27,072 bases of DNA, from positions 1 to 27,072 of the forward strand of contig JBFMAF010000007.1 of assembly GCA_040755995.1 (NCBI GenBank). Direction: 5' to 3'. The notes under the pieces were generated by a model, which did not search any database, had not been told where the DNA came from, and saw only the letters and a list, made by a program, of their open reading frames with translations. How positions within the stretch are numbered: position 1 is the first letter of the stretch; each line of letters begins with the position of its first letter. Made by a program: the position numbers and the translations under genes. Origin of the DNA: Acidobacteriota bacterium. GTDB taxonomy: Bacteria; Acidobacteriota; CAIWXX01. Shown piece after piece: positions 18,201 through 26,948 of this stretch.

Positions 18201-18962
18201 ATGACCGAGCTGGAGGTGAGTGAACCGAACCAGGCGGGTCGGCCTCCTGGGCCAGAGGTAGAGCTCCTGTTGCTTCCCGGGCTCGATGGCACGGGCAGGC
18301 TGTTTTCGCCGTTGCTGGGGTCGCTGCCCGCATTCCTGCGCCCGCGCACCGTGGCCTACGCGAATGAAAAACTGCTAACCTACACCCAGCTGCAGGAGCA
18401 GGTCGAAAAGGAGCTGCCCGCGGCCCGCCCCTTCGCGCTGCTCGGCGAGTCCTTCTCCGGCCCCATTGCGATTCGCATCGCCGCCAATGGGCCTGTGGGT
18501 CTCGTGTGCCTGGTACTCGTGGCCACGTTCGATTGGAGCCCACTGCACTCCCTTCCTCGCCCAATCCTCCGCGGTGCAGCGCACATCGCCGTTGTGCTGA
18601 GGTCAACCGAGGCTATGAGGAGAATTCTGGCGGGTCGCGATGTCCCGGCGACGCTTCTTGTGGAGATCGATTCGGTCGCCCGTTCAGTCGGCGCCCCTTT
18701 GCTCAGGCGGAGACTGATGGATGCACTGGCCGCGGATGCGCGTGCCGAGTTCCAGGCGGTTAATCTCCCGATCCTCTATCTCGGCGGACGGCGTGATCTG
18801 TTGGTGCCGAGATTCATTCCGAAAGCCATGATGCGGCGGCAGCCGAGGATGGAATACATGTGGCTGGATGCGCCGCACATGGTGTTGCAGTGCAGGCCTG
18901 CTGAGGCAGCCCGCGCGATCGGCGAATTCGTGGGGTGCGCGGTCGCGAGCTACCGGGGCTGA
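18201..18962 (+). CDS. Alpha/beta hydrolase fold protein (start may be 18165, 18192 or 18201)
   Basis: LLLLPGLDGTG, nucleophile LLGESFSG, LGGRRDLLVP (Asp), DAPH (His). Confidence 0.88.
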   Translation: MTELEVSEPNQAGRPPGPEVELLLLPGLDGTGRLFSPLLGSLPAFLRPRTVAYANEKLLTYTQLQEQVEKELPAARPFALLGESFSGPIAIRIAANGPVGLVCLVLVATFDWSPLHSLPRPILRGAAHIAVVLRSTEAMRRILAGRDVPATLLVEIDSVARSVGAPLLRRRLMDALAADARAEFQAVNLPILYLGGRRDLLVPRFIPKAMMRRQPRMEYMWLDAPHMVLQCRPAEAARAIGEFVGCAVASYRG

Positions 18963-19411
18963 GGCACGCCGGTGGCGCGGACGACGCGCCATCGCTTGCC
19001 TTCGAGCCTCAGACGGAGATCCGCAGGCTGGCCGGAGTCGGGTCTGCCCAGCACCATCCATTTTTCCCGGTCTTTCGTGGTGGCCACGACGGTGACGAGC
19101 ATGCTGGCACGGGCTTCACTGCCCTCGACGACCACCTCCATCTTCTCCAGCGTGACCTTGAAGCCCTCAAACGTGGCACACGCCTCCGAGGCGCCTTCAC
19201 TGATGTCCCCGTAGCTGAGCTGGTACTCGTCGGTGTAGTCCTTTGAGACCGCATCCATGAAATCGTCGAGCGCGCGGTTTTCGAAGGCATTGGCGGCCGA
19301 CCGGATCGTTCGCTTCACGACGGCCTCTGTGCTGAAGAAGTACAGATACCCGACAACTGCACCCAGAACGACCGCACTGGCAACGGCGGCAAGGCGTATC
19401 TTCGGATTCAT
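18950..19411 (-). CDS. Membrane-anchored NTF2/SnoaL-like hypothetical protein
   Basis: N-terminal TM (LAAVASAVVLGAVVGYLYFF); AFENRALDDFMDAVSKDYTD; final LRLEGKRWRVV typical of NTF2-like folds; AGGAG SD. Confidence 0.65.
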   Translation of the reverse strand: MNPKIRLAAVASAVVLGAVVGYLYFFSTEAVVKRTIRSAANAFENRALDDFMDAVSKDYTDEYQLSYGDISEGASEACATFEGFKVTLEKMEVVVEGSEARASMLVTVVATTKDREKWMVLGRPDSGQPADLRLRLEGKRWRVVRATGVPQPR

Positions 19412-19433
19412 CGCAGGCTCCTCTTGCCGATTC

Positions 19434-19498
19434 TATACAGCGCGTCATGTGTCCACAAGAGATTCGACGAGTAGACGCAGTGTATGACACGCTGTATA
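19434..19498. repeat. 15-bp imperfect inverted repeat in a divergent intergenic region
   Basis: TATACAGCGCGTCAT (19434-19448) and ATGACACGCTGTATA (19484-19498): 14/15 complementary, 35-bp spacer. Confidence 0.65.
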
Positions 19499-19659
19499 AC
19501 TCCACCGCCGCGGTAAATCACCTGTCGGGGTGGCGGGGTGGCGGGAGGGTGTGATGCGTAGCAAGGCCCCCGGGATTCCGTCGAGTTGAATTGCCCAACG
19601 AGCCGCATCGGATCCTGGCTGCCTCGGCTGTAGCTCAAAAACAGAAGATCGCCGATCGC

Positions 19660-19689
19660 TTGACGCCGCGATAACCGATAAGTTATCAT
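19660..19689 (+). promoter_or_regulatory. TA operon promoter with palindromic operator
   Basis: TTGACG (19660-19665), 18 bp, TATCAT (19684-19689). GATAAC-N6-GTTATC (19670-19687) overlaps the -10. Confidence 0.65.
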
Positions 19690-19718
19690 GCGGCATCTCG
19701 CTCGCGGGACATTCACGT

Positions 19719-20090
19719 ATGATCGCGGAGAGCGGCTGGAAGATTGATGTGTACAGGACGGAGAAGGGTACGGCGCCGCTGTGGGACTTCTTCGAGCGTC
19801 TCACCGGACGGGACAAGACAGAGGCCATCGCGCTCGTGAAGCTACTCGAGGAGCAGGGCAACCGGCTACGCCGACCCCAATCGGGTGTTCTCGGCCAGGG
19901 GTTGTTGGAGTTGCGAGGCAGGCAGGTGAGTATCTTCTACATGTTTCTCCCAGGGCGGGTAGTCGTGCTCCTGGATGGCGAGATCAAGAAGCGCGACAGC
20001 GTAGCGGCAAGGACACTGGCGCGCGTGCGCAGGTACCAACCGGAAGTGCTGCGCCGGCATTTGACCCGGTCAGGCGAAGGAGACTTGTGA
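19719..20090 (+). CDS. Type II toxin, RelE/ParE superfamily (HigB/Gp49-like)
   Basis: WKIDVYRTEKGTAPLWDFF, LLEEQGNRLRRPQSGVLGQGLLELR, IFYMF, VVVLLDGEIKK; lies upstream of an XRE gene. Confidence 0.85.
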   Translation: MIAESGWKIDVYRTEKGTAPLWDFFERLTGRDKTEAIALVKLLEEQGNRLRRPQSGVLGQGLLELRGRQVSIFYMFLPGRVVVLLDGEIKKRDSVAARTLARVRRYQPEVLRRHLTRSGEGDL

Positions 20091-20431
20091 TGCGGAGGAA
20101 GACGGCTTTCATGCAGTGGATCGACGGTCAGCTAGCGGCGGACCCGAAACTCGCCAGCGATGTGGAGGCGCTGTTGGCTGAGATGAAGATCGAACAGGAG
20201 ATCGTGGCTCTGCGCGAGAAACGAGGACTGTCACAGCGCCAATTCGCGAGGCTGCTGGGGACCAGCCAACCCTACATCGCCAAGCTCGAGTCAGGCCGCA
20301 TCAAGAACCTCGGCGTGAGAACCCTGGTGAAGTGCGCCAGCGCGTTGGGCGGCCGGGTGTTCTTGCGCATCGAGATGGGGAGCGTTTCCCCGAAGCGCGC
20401 GTCTCAGCGGCCGACCAGGCGCGTTGCCTGA
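20090..20431 (+). CDS. XRE-family HTH antitoxin (HigA-like)
   Basis: TGATG coupling with AAGGAG SD; LREKRGLSQRQFARLLGTSQPYIAKLESG...TLVKCASALG. Confidence 0.88.
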   Translation: MRRKTAFMQWIDGQLAADPKLASDVEALLAEMKIEQEIVALREKRGLSQRQFARLLGTSQPYIAKLESGRIKNLGVRTLVKCASALGGRVFLRIEMGSVSPKRASQRPTRRVA

Positions 20432-20628
20432 GGGAGACTCCTCACGGGCCCCACGAAGGCCCCCCGAGGTCGTTGCGCCGGCGACGACGGTGTCCGCCGG
20501 CTCCTGCGTTGCCGCATCGCTGCATAGGGCGCATTTGCCAGCAGCGCCGATCTTTGTTCTAATGTCGGGCGTCAGGATGTGGATCACGTGATCGTCTGTT
20601 CTGCAATTCACAGAAGGAGTCATTCGTA

Positions 20629-21522
20629 GTGTTCGTCATCACAGCAGCATCTGGTAAGACTGGTAGCCGTGTCGCCGCGGCGCTTCTTGCAGACAAGAAG
20701 CCTGTGCGGCTCGTTGTGAGATCGGGCGAGAAGGTCGCGGCCTTGAAAGCGCGGGGCGCGGAGATCGCCGCCGGCAGCCTGGCCGACGCGGCTTTTCTCA
20801 AATCGGCACTTGACGGGTGTGCAGGCGCGTACCTGGTCACACCGCTCGACTTCGGCAGCGCGGACCCGGAGGGCGAGGAAATCGCCGTGGGCAAGAGGTA
20901 CGCCGAGGCGCTCGCGGGAACGCAGGCGCACGTCGTGTACCTGTCGGTCCTCAAAGCGCGAGACAAGACCGGGATTCCGCATTTCGAATCGAAGGCGGAG
21001 ATCGAGTCGGCTCTCGATGCTGCCTGCGCCAACCTGACCATACTCCGCCCAGGCTTCTTCATGGAGAACTTCTTCGCCCAGCTGCCCTCTCTGGGCGCGA
21101 AGCGCACGACCTCGTATCCCTTGCCACACAACCGGCCGATCGCCATGGTCTCGTGCAATGACATCGCGGAGGTCGTGAGGCAGGCGTTCCTGCGAGGGCC
21201 GAAGGGCAAGGAGGCGTACGATCTCCTCGGGTACCGGTGCTACACGATGGCTGAATGTGCGAGGATGATAGGCAATTCGATCGGCCGCCCTGTGCACTAC
21301 CGGCGCGCCTCCGATGACGACTTCGCGAAACAGATGAAGGCGCACGGCGCCTCTGAAAGAGCCGTCTCGGATCTTCTCACGATGTTTCGCTACATGATGG
21401 AGAAGGAGTTCACGGGCGATTTCGACGGGGTGCGGAAGGCGTTCAAGTCGCCGGCGGTGCTGTTCGAGAAGGTTGCCGACGAGATCGCCGGGGCGCTTCG
21501 CGCAAGCGGCGGCAGGAAGTAA
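20629..21522 (+). CDS. NmrA-family NAD(P)-binding protein
   Basis: AAGGAG then GTG; VITAASGKTGS, VRLVVRS, PHFESKAEIE, TILRPGFFMEN, MVSCNDIA. Confidence 0.9.
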   Translation: MFVITAASGKTGSRVAAALLADKKPVRLVVRSGEKVAALKARGAEIAAGSLADAAFLKSALDGCAGAYLVTPLDFGSADPEGEEIAVGKRYAEALAGTQAHVVYLSVLKARDKTGIPHFESKAEIESALDAACANLTILRPGFFMENFFAQLPSLGAKRTTSYPLPHNRPIAMVSCNDIAEVVRQAFLRGPKGKEAYDLLGYRCYTMAECARMIGNSIGRPVHYRRASDDDFAKQMKAHGASERAVSDLLTMFRYMMEKEFTGDFDGVRKAFKSPAVLFEKVADEIAGALRASGGRK

Positions 21523-21670
21523 ACAACATGAAGCTGATCTTCGACATGACGGCATGGACGCTGCTCCGGGCGAATGTCCGAGAGCGGTGCCGTCCGCGTC
21601 TGCTCTCAGGCACACGGACACCACATCGAGCCCTATGTCCCTGATGCCTCCGAGAGGCAGGGAGGTTAAT

Positions 21671-22738
21671 ATGCGATACAGCAGGTCATTGGCCGGAATG
21701 CTGGCAATCGCCGGCGCAGCGGTTTTCTCCGGCGTGTTGCTGGCCGAGGATGCCGCGACCGTGCAGGATCTCGCCAAGCAACTGGAGGAGCTGCGTGCGT
21801 CCAACGAGAGCCTGAACCACAGGCTCGACGAGCTCGCGAAGGCGATCGACGACGTCGCCTGGTATAGCCGGGTCTCCGACCTAGCGGTTGTCGACAAGTG
21901 GCGAATCTGCGGGCCGCCGGATGCCAACCCCAAGAATCCGACGGCGCCCGGCGCGACCAACCCGATCAAGTTCTACACGTATACGTTCGTGCCGCGCGAC
22001 AGGAAGCCCGCGGAGAAGCTGCCGCTGCTGATTCTGCCTCACGGTGGAGTCCACGCCGATTTCTCCACGTACCACACCCACATCGTCCGCGAGCTGATCG
22101 CGCAGGGGTACGTGATCGTGGCGCCCGACTACCGCGGTTCGACCGGATACGGCCAGGGCTTCTACGAGCTCATCGACTACGGCGGTCGCGAAGTCGACGA
22201 TATCCACGCGGCGAAGGACTGGGCTCTCGATAACTTCGACTTCATCGATCGCGGGAGGATCGGGTTGATCGGGTGGAGCCATGGCGGCCTCATCGTTCTG
22301 CTTGAGAGCTTTGCCCACCCGCAGGACTATCGGTGCGTGTTCGCAGGCGTCCCGGTTTCGGACCTGGTCGCGCGTATGGGTTACCTCGGCAAGGGTTACG
22401 AGGACGAGTTCAGCGCCGATTACCACATAGGCAAGACCGTGCAGCAGGACATCGGGGAGTACAAGCGCCGGTCGCCCGTCTGGCAGGTTGAGAAGCTCTC
22501 GACACCGCTCCTGATCCACACCAGCACAAACGATGAGGATGTGAACTATATCGAAGTGGAGCACTTGATCCAGGCGTTGAAAGCCGCGGGAAAGACCTTC
22601 GAGTACAGGGTGTACCAGGACGCGCCGGGCGGGCACAGCCACGATCGACTCGACATCACCCCTGCGCGCGAGGCTCGGCGGGAGGTCTACGAGTTCCTGG
22701 CTCGCTACCTGAAACCGCCGCGGCCGATACCGGAGTAA
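21671..22738 (+). CDS. Exported S9 (prolyl oligopeptidase family) peptidase with N-terminal coiled coil
   Basis: GGAGG then ATG 21671; signal peptide; LPHGGVH, APDYRGSTGYG, GWSHGG (Ser), NDEDV (Asp), GGHSH (His). Confidence 0.9.
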   Translation: MRYSRSLAGMLAIAGAAVFSGVLLAEDAATVQDLAKQLEELRASNESLNHRLDELAKAIDDVAWYSRVSDLAVVDKWRICGPPDANPKNPTAPGATNPIKFYTYTFVPRDRKPAEKLPLLILPHGGVHADFSTYHTHIVRELIAQGYVIVAPDYRGSTGYGQGFYELIDYGGREVDDIHAAKDWALDNFDFIDRGRIGLIGWSHGGLIVLLESFAHPQDYRCVFAGVPVSDLVARMGYLGKGYEDEFSADYHIGKTVQQDIGEYKRRSPVWQVEKLSTPLLIHTSTNDEDVNYIEVEHLIQALKAAGKTFEYRVYQDAPGGHSHDRLDITPAREARREVYEFLARYLKPPRPIPE

Positions 22739-22867
22739 TCTTCGTCGCGGCCTCGACCTGGGGGTGCCGCGGTGAAGGATTCGTTCGCGTTCACGCGCCC
22801 AGGAAAGACGGAGCGGGAGTAGTGCGCCTCCCTGGCGCTGCTAATCTCGCGAAATCGTGGACGACGG

Positions 22868-22894
22868 GTGACCGAAATGCCGCTCCGGAGTGTT
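22868..22894 (+). promoter_or_regulatory. Possible ECF-type autoregulatory promoter
   Basis: GTGACC-N16-GTGTT about 30 bp upstream of the ECF start. Inferred from general ECF promoter geometry only. Confidence 0.3.
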
Positions 22895-22926
22895 GAATGA
22901 GATGAGAGCGGCGAGCGACGAGGGAT

Positions 22927-23409
22927 ATGGATATCGAGAAGCTCTATCAGAGGTATGGCCCGATGGTATTCAGGAGATGCAGGCAACTGCTGGGAAACGA
23001 AGACCAGGCGCTGGACGCGACGCAGGACGTCTTCGCCCGGCTGATCCAGGACGGCGAGCGGCTCACCATGCAGTTCCCATCGAGCCTGCTCTATCGTATG
23101 GCTACCAATCACTGCTTGAATCGCATCAGGGACAGTCGAAGAGAACAGCGCGACAGCGTGCGCCTTGACGATGCTCCCGAGTCGCTCCTCGTGCGCATCG
23201 CGATCGCCGACGAGGTGGAATCGCGCTCGACGCTCGACACTCTCTTTCGACGCCACGGCGAATCAACCCGGACCATGGCCGTCTTCCACTACCTCGATGG
23301 CATGACGCTCGAGGAGACGGCTCGTGAGGTAGGCATGTCCGTGTCCGGGGTGCGCAAGCGCCTCCGCGCTTTGCGACGGACACTGAAGGAACTGGGGGAA
23401 CCGCGATGA
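22927..23409 (+). CDS. ECF sigma-70 factor
   Basis: Region 2 LYQRYGPMVFRRCRQLLGNEDQALDATQDVF...LYRMATNHCLN; region 4 YLDGMTLEETAREVGMSVSGVRKRL; 160 aa. Confidence 0.93.
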   Translation: MDIEKLYQRYGPMVFRRCRQLLGNEDQALDATQDVFARLIQDGERLTMQFPSSLLYRMATNHCLNRIRDSRREQRDSVRLDDAPESLLVRIAIADEVESRSTLDTLFRRHGESTRTMAVFHYLDGMTLEETAREVGMSVSGVRKRLRALRRTLKELGEPR

Positions 23410-24218
23410 AACCTGCACTCGAAATCCCGGAATGGAAGCTCGAACGCTACCTGCTCGGAGAGTTGCCTGCGGGCGAGATGGAGGAGGTGAGGATCGCTGC
23501 GGATTCGGACGCCGCGATCAAGGCGCGGTTGATCGAGATCGAGGGATCCACTCGCGCCTTCTTGGACCAACACCCGCCTGACCGGATGGCCGGATCGATT
23601 CTCGTGCGCGTGCGACGGGCCGGCGCGGAGCCTGAGTGCCATGCTCCGCCGCTCCGAGTCTTGCGACTCCTGCCCGCCCTCGCCCTTACGGGGGCCGCGG
23701 TCGCGCTGGTCTGGTTTTCACTGCCCTATTTCAGAGTATCGAACCCCAGCGTGACGGAATCGCAGGAGATCGAGACCGACACACGGATCAAGGGAGTGCA
23801 CCCGTATCTCTTCCTCTATCGAAGGACTGCATCCGGCAGCGATAGGCTATCGGAAGGGAGCATCACTCGACGAGGCGACCTCATCCAGCTGGCCTATCAG
23901 GTGAGCGAACCTTCGTTCGGGGTGATACTCTCGATCGACGGCGGCGGGGCTGTCACACTTCATATGCCACAGCAGGTGGGCATGAGCCCCCAGCTCGCTC
24001 CGGGCAGGATGATCCCGCTGGATGTCTCATATCAGCTGGACGACGCGCCGGACTATGAGCGTTTCTATCTCATCACGTCGCTCAAGGCTTTCGACATCCA
24101 ACCGATCATGGAAGCCGCTCAATCGGCGGCGGCCGGGAGGTCAGCGACCGGTCCTGCAATCCTTCAACTGCCGGCTACGTATTCAAGATATGACATTACC
24201 GTGAGAAAGGGGCATTGA
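23406..24218 (+). CDS. Putative single-pass anti-sigma factor (ActD-like; DUF4384-like periplasmic domain)
   Basis: ATGA overlap with the ECF. N-terminal WKLERYLLGEL anti-sigma-like helix; TM LLPALALTGAAVALVWFSL; TRIKG; GDLIQLAY..GVILSIDGGGAVTLH..SYQLDDAPDYERF. Confidence 0.72.
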   Translation: MKPALEIPEWKLERYLLGELPAGEMEEVRIAADSDAAIKARLIEIEGSTRAFLDQHPPDRMAGSILVRVRRAGAEPECHAPPLRVLRLLPALALTGAAVALVWFSLPYFRVSNPSVTESQEIETDTRIKGVHPYLFLYRRTASGSDRLSEGSITRRGDLIQLAYQVSEPSFGVILSIDGGGAVTLHMPQQVGMSPQLAPGRMIPLDVSYQLDDAPDYERFYLITSLKAFDIQPIMEAAQSAAAGRSATGPAILQLPATYSRYDITVRKGH

Positions 24219-24220
24219 TC

Positions 24221-25939
24221 ATGAGAAAGGCATTCACAATCCTGGCTATCATCCTTCTACCAGCGTGCCTTCCGCTTGCGCTTGACGGCTCCACTACGGC
24301 CCCCGCGCAACGGTGGCTCGTATCCGTCGGCGCCAACAGGGGTTCCGCCGATCGGACGCCGTTGCGCTATGCGGTCACCGACGCCGAGAACTTTGCGAAG
24401 CTGCTCGAGGGGATGGGCGGAGTGGACAGCACCAACTGCGTTCTTCTGCGCGATCCGTCCATGCGTGAGTTCGTGAACAGTCTCGAGAGTCTCCGCGCGG
24501 CCCTGGCTTCGACGCGGACTCAATCGGCGGGGCGGGCCGAAGTTGTCTTCTACTACTCCGGCCACGCCGACGAGAACGGGATTCTGTTGGGCGATGAGCG
24601 GTTTTCCTACCAGAGCCTCAGGCAGTGGTTGAACGATCTCCACTCGGATCTCGAGATCGCCATACTGGACGCATGCGCTTCCGGAGCGATCACGCGCCTC
24701 AAGGGCGGCCAGCATCAGCAGGCCTTCCTCATCGACTCCTCGGTCGAAGCAAAAGGCTATGCGTTCCTGACTTCGAGCTCGGAGAACGAAGCGGCGCAGG
24801 AATCCGATCGACTCAAGGGCTCGTTCTTCACGCACTACCTGGTATCCGGCCTGCGGGGCGCCGCCGATTCGACCGGCGACGGCAAGGTCACGCTGAATGA
24901 GGCCTACCAGTTCGCGTACAACGAGACCCTCGTGCGCACGGCGAAGACCCAGGGCGGGACTCAGCATCCGGCGTATGACATGAAGCTCGTCGGCACCGGA
25001 GACGTGGTGATCACTGACGTGCGGAAGACGTCCGCCGGGCTGGTGCTCGCCGAGGACCTCTACGGGCGGCTCTTCATCCGCAACTCGCTCCAGCAGCTGG
25101 TCGTGGAGCTCCAGAAAGCGGCGGGCCGCGAGATCCAGCTCGGACTGGAGCCGGGCGACTACACAATCGACCTGCAGCAAAAGGATGCTCTCTGGACCGG
25201 CGTCATCACGCTCGCTGAGAATGAGCGCCTCCTTCTGACGATGGGTGCGTTCCGGCCGGCCAACCGCGAGGCCACCCAGCGGCGGGGCGCACCGCGGGAG
25301 GAGGTCGAGCCGGAGGCCCAAGAGTCGATTCTCCTGCGAGCTCATTCGGTTGGATTCGGCTTCGGGTTCCCCGTCGATGAGGGATTTTCGACCGATGTGG
25401 ATCGGCGCGATAACGATGACACCACGCACACCAAGCTGAAGAACGTCTCTTTCTATGTCAGCTACGAGAATCGGCTACAGCCCGAGATCGCCCTGACCTT
25501 CACCACCTTCATACACGTGGTCGATGCGGACATCGTGACCGAGGACGACGATCACGATGACACGCTGAGCTCGGAGATCAACACGGTAATGCCCGCTTTC
25601 TTCGGGGCGAAGTTCTTCCCCGTCCCTCCAACGCTGAAGACGACCTTTCAGCCGTATCTTACGGCGGGGTTCGGACCCGTGTTCGTGATCCATTCGAAGG
25701 AGAACAACCCCAATGGGGACAGGTGGGACGAAACCGACGTGACGACCGAGTTCGGAGGCATGGTCGGGGCGGGACTCGACTTGCGGTTTTCCCGGGTCGT
25801 GTTCCTGAACGTCAACGCGGGCTACCAGGTCTCAACGGATTTCCGCAATCCGATCGGCGGGAAGAAGAACCTCAACGATACTTATTTCTTTGCGGGAATA
25901 GGCTTCCAGTTCGGCAAGACGCTCCTGACCAGAGAATAG
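24221..25939 (+). CDS. Exported caspase-family (peptidase C14) protein with C-terminal outer-membrane beta-barrel-like domain
   Basis: Signal peptide; LRYAVTDA; His in FYYSGHA (24563-24565); Cys in ILDACASG (24674-24676); SFFTHYLVSGLRGAADSTGDGKVTLNEAY; amphipathic strands QPYLTAGFG, GMVGAGLDLRF, FLNVNAGY, FFAGIGFQF. Confidence 0.88.
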   Translation: MRKAFTILAIILLPACLPLALDGSTTAPAQRWLVSVGANRGSADRTPLRYAVTDAENFAKLLEGMGGVDSTNCVLLRDPSMREFVNSLESLRAALASTRTQSAGRAEVVFYYSGHADENGILLGDERFSYQSLRQWLNDLHSDLEIAILDACASGAITRLKGGQHQQAFLIDSSVEAKGYAFLTSSSENEAAQESDRLKGSFFTHYLVSGLRGAADSTGDGKVTLNEAYQFAYNETLVRTAKTQGGTQHPAYDMKLVGTGDVVITDVRKTSAGLVLAEDLYGRLFIRNSLQQLVVELQKAAGREIQLGLEPGDYTIDLQQKDALWTGVITLAENERLLLTMGAFRPANREATQRRGAPREEVEPEAQESILLRAHSVGFGFGFPVDEGFSTDVDRRDNDDTTHTKLKNVSFYVSYENRLQPEIALTFTTFIHVVDADIVTEDDDHDDTLSSEINTVMPAFFGAKFFPVPPTLKTTFQPYLTAGFGPVFVIHSKENNPNGDRWDETDVTTEFGGMVGAGLDLRFSRVVFLNVNAGYQVSTDFRNPIGGKKNLNDTYFFAGIGFQFGKTLLTRE

Positions 25940-25969
25940 CCGAACGGCCGAAGGGAGCGCCGGCGCGGG

Positions 25970-26815
25970 CTATCGAGGATAGCCGCGCCTCGCGCTCCCG
26001 GCGGCGAAATCCCTCAGCAGCGTTGCCTTGTATTTCACCACCAGCCGCGCCGAAAGCTCGCGGCACTCACCCGGACGCAGCTCCGCCAGCTTGAACGGCC
26101 CAACCGACACGCGCTTGAGCTTCTTCACCGGATGGCCGATCTGCTCGAACATGATCCGGATCTGGTTCTTCTTGCCTTCGCGGAGCTTCAGCTCCAGCCA
26201 CGCGTTACCCTGGGGACTGCGACCGATCTGCCGGACGACGACGGGCAGGCACTTCTCGCCTTCCACTACAGGACCTCGGGCGATGGAATCGAGCTTGTCC
26301 TGGCTCGGCGCACCGGCGACCTTCACTTCGTACGTCTTCTCGACTTCGTAGCGAGGGTGGGCGAGGAGTTGCGCGAGCTCGCCGTCGTTGGTCAGAAACA
26401 TCAAGCCTGTTGTGTGATAGTCCAGTCTCCCCGACAGGAAGAAGTCGCCGAACTCGGCCGGCAGCAGGTCGAAAACGGTGCGCCGGCCGAGGCGATCCCC
26501 GCGGGTCGAGACTACGCCGTCGGGCTTGTAGAAGACCAGGTAGCGGGGTCGCAGAGGGAGCGTCCGGATGAGCTTCCCATCAACCTCGACCCTGTCCTTC
26601 CCGCGTTCGACGGTCGTGCCGAGTCGTTGTACCAACTGGCCGTTGACACGCACGCGGCCGGCGAGAATGACCTGTTCGGCGTGGCGGCGCGAGCCGAAGC
26701 CTCCCTCGCGTAGAAACCTCTGCAGCCTGACACGAGGCCCGTGGTGCCCGCCTTCCGGCCTCCAGCCAGCCCGCTCCTTGGGGCGCTCGCGTGGCGCGTT
26801 CGGTGGCTGGCGCAT
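25970..26815 (-). CDS. rRNA pseudouridine synthase, RsuA/RluB family (start uncertain)
   Basis: S4 domain RLQRFLREGGFGSRRHAE, YKPDGVVST, catalytic GRLDYHTTGLMFLTNDG, HPRYEVEKTY, LREGKKNQIR, LKRVSVG. Confidence 0.93.
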   Translation of the reverse strand: MRQPPNAPRERPKERAGWRPEGGHHGPRVRLQRFLREGGFGSRRHAEQVILAGRVRVNGQLVQRLGTTVERGKDRVEVDGKLIRTLPLRPRYLVFYKPDGVVSTRGDRLGRRTVFDLLPAEFGDFFLSGRLDYHTTGLMFLTNDGELAQLLAHPRYEVEKTYEVKVAGAPSQDKLDSIARGPVVEGEKCLPVVVRQIGRSPQGNAWLELKLREGKKNQIRIMFEQIGHPVKKLKRVSVGPFKLAELRPGECRELSARLVVKYKATLLRDFAAGSARRGYPR

Positions 26816-26840
26816 GCCCACCGTGCCGGCCGCAGCGCGT

Positions 26841-26936
26841 TCCCCGTGTCTCCGCGACACCGCGTCAGCGCGTCCCCGTGTCACCCGATCTCCGTGTCTC
26901 CGCGCCCCCATGTCTCCCTGTCACCGCGTCTCCGTG
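26841..26936 (+). repeat. Twelve phased 8-bp tandem repeats, consensus TCHCCGYG
   Basis: TCCCCGTG TCTCCGCG ACACCGCG TCAGCGCG TCCCCGTG TCACCCGA TCTCCGTG TCTCCGCG CCCCCATG TCTCCCTG TCACCGCG TCTCCGTG. Confidence 0.85.
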
Positions 26937-26948
26937 TCGCACCATCTA

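Noticed and set aside
19434..19498. LexA SOS box from CTGTATA half-sites
   Set aside because: Half-sites face outward and are about 50 bp apart, not CTGT-N8-ACAG.
24202..24234. Direct repeat TGAGAAAGG(GG)CATT at the anti-sigma/caspase junction
   Set aside because: Short; the first copy is explained as the SD region of the caspase gene and there is no other sign of duplication.
26841..26936. CRISPR array or N-terminal coding extension of the pseudouridine synthase
   Set aside because: Period is 8 bp with no spacers and no cas genes; the translation is repeat-derived low complexity.
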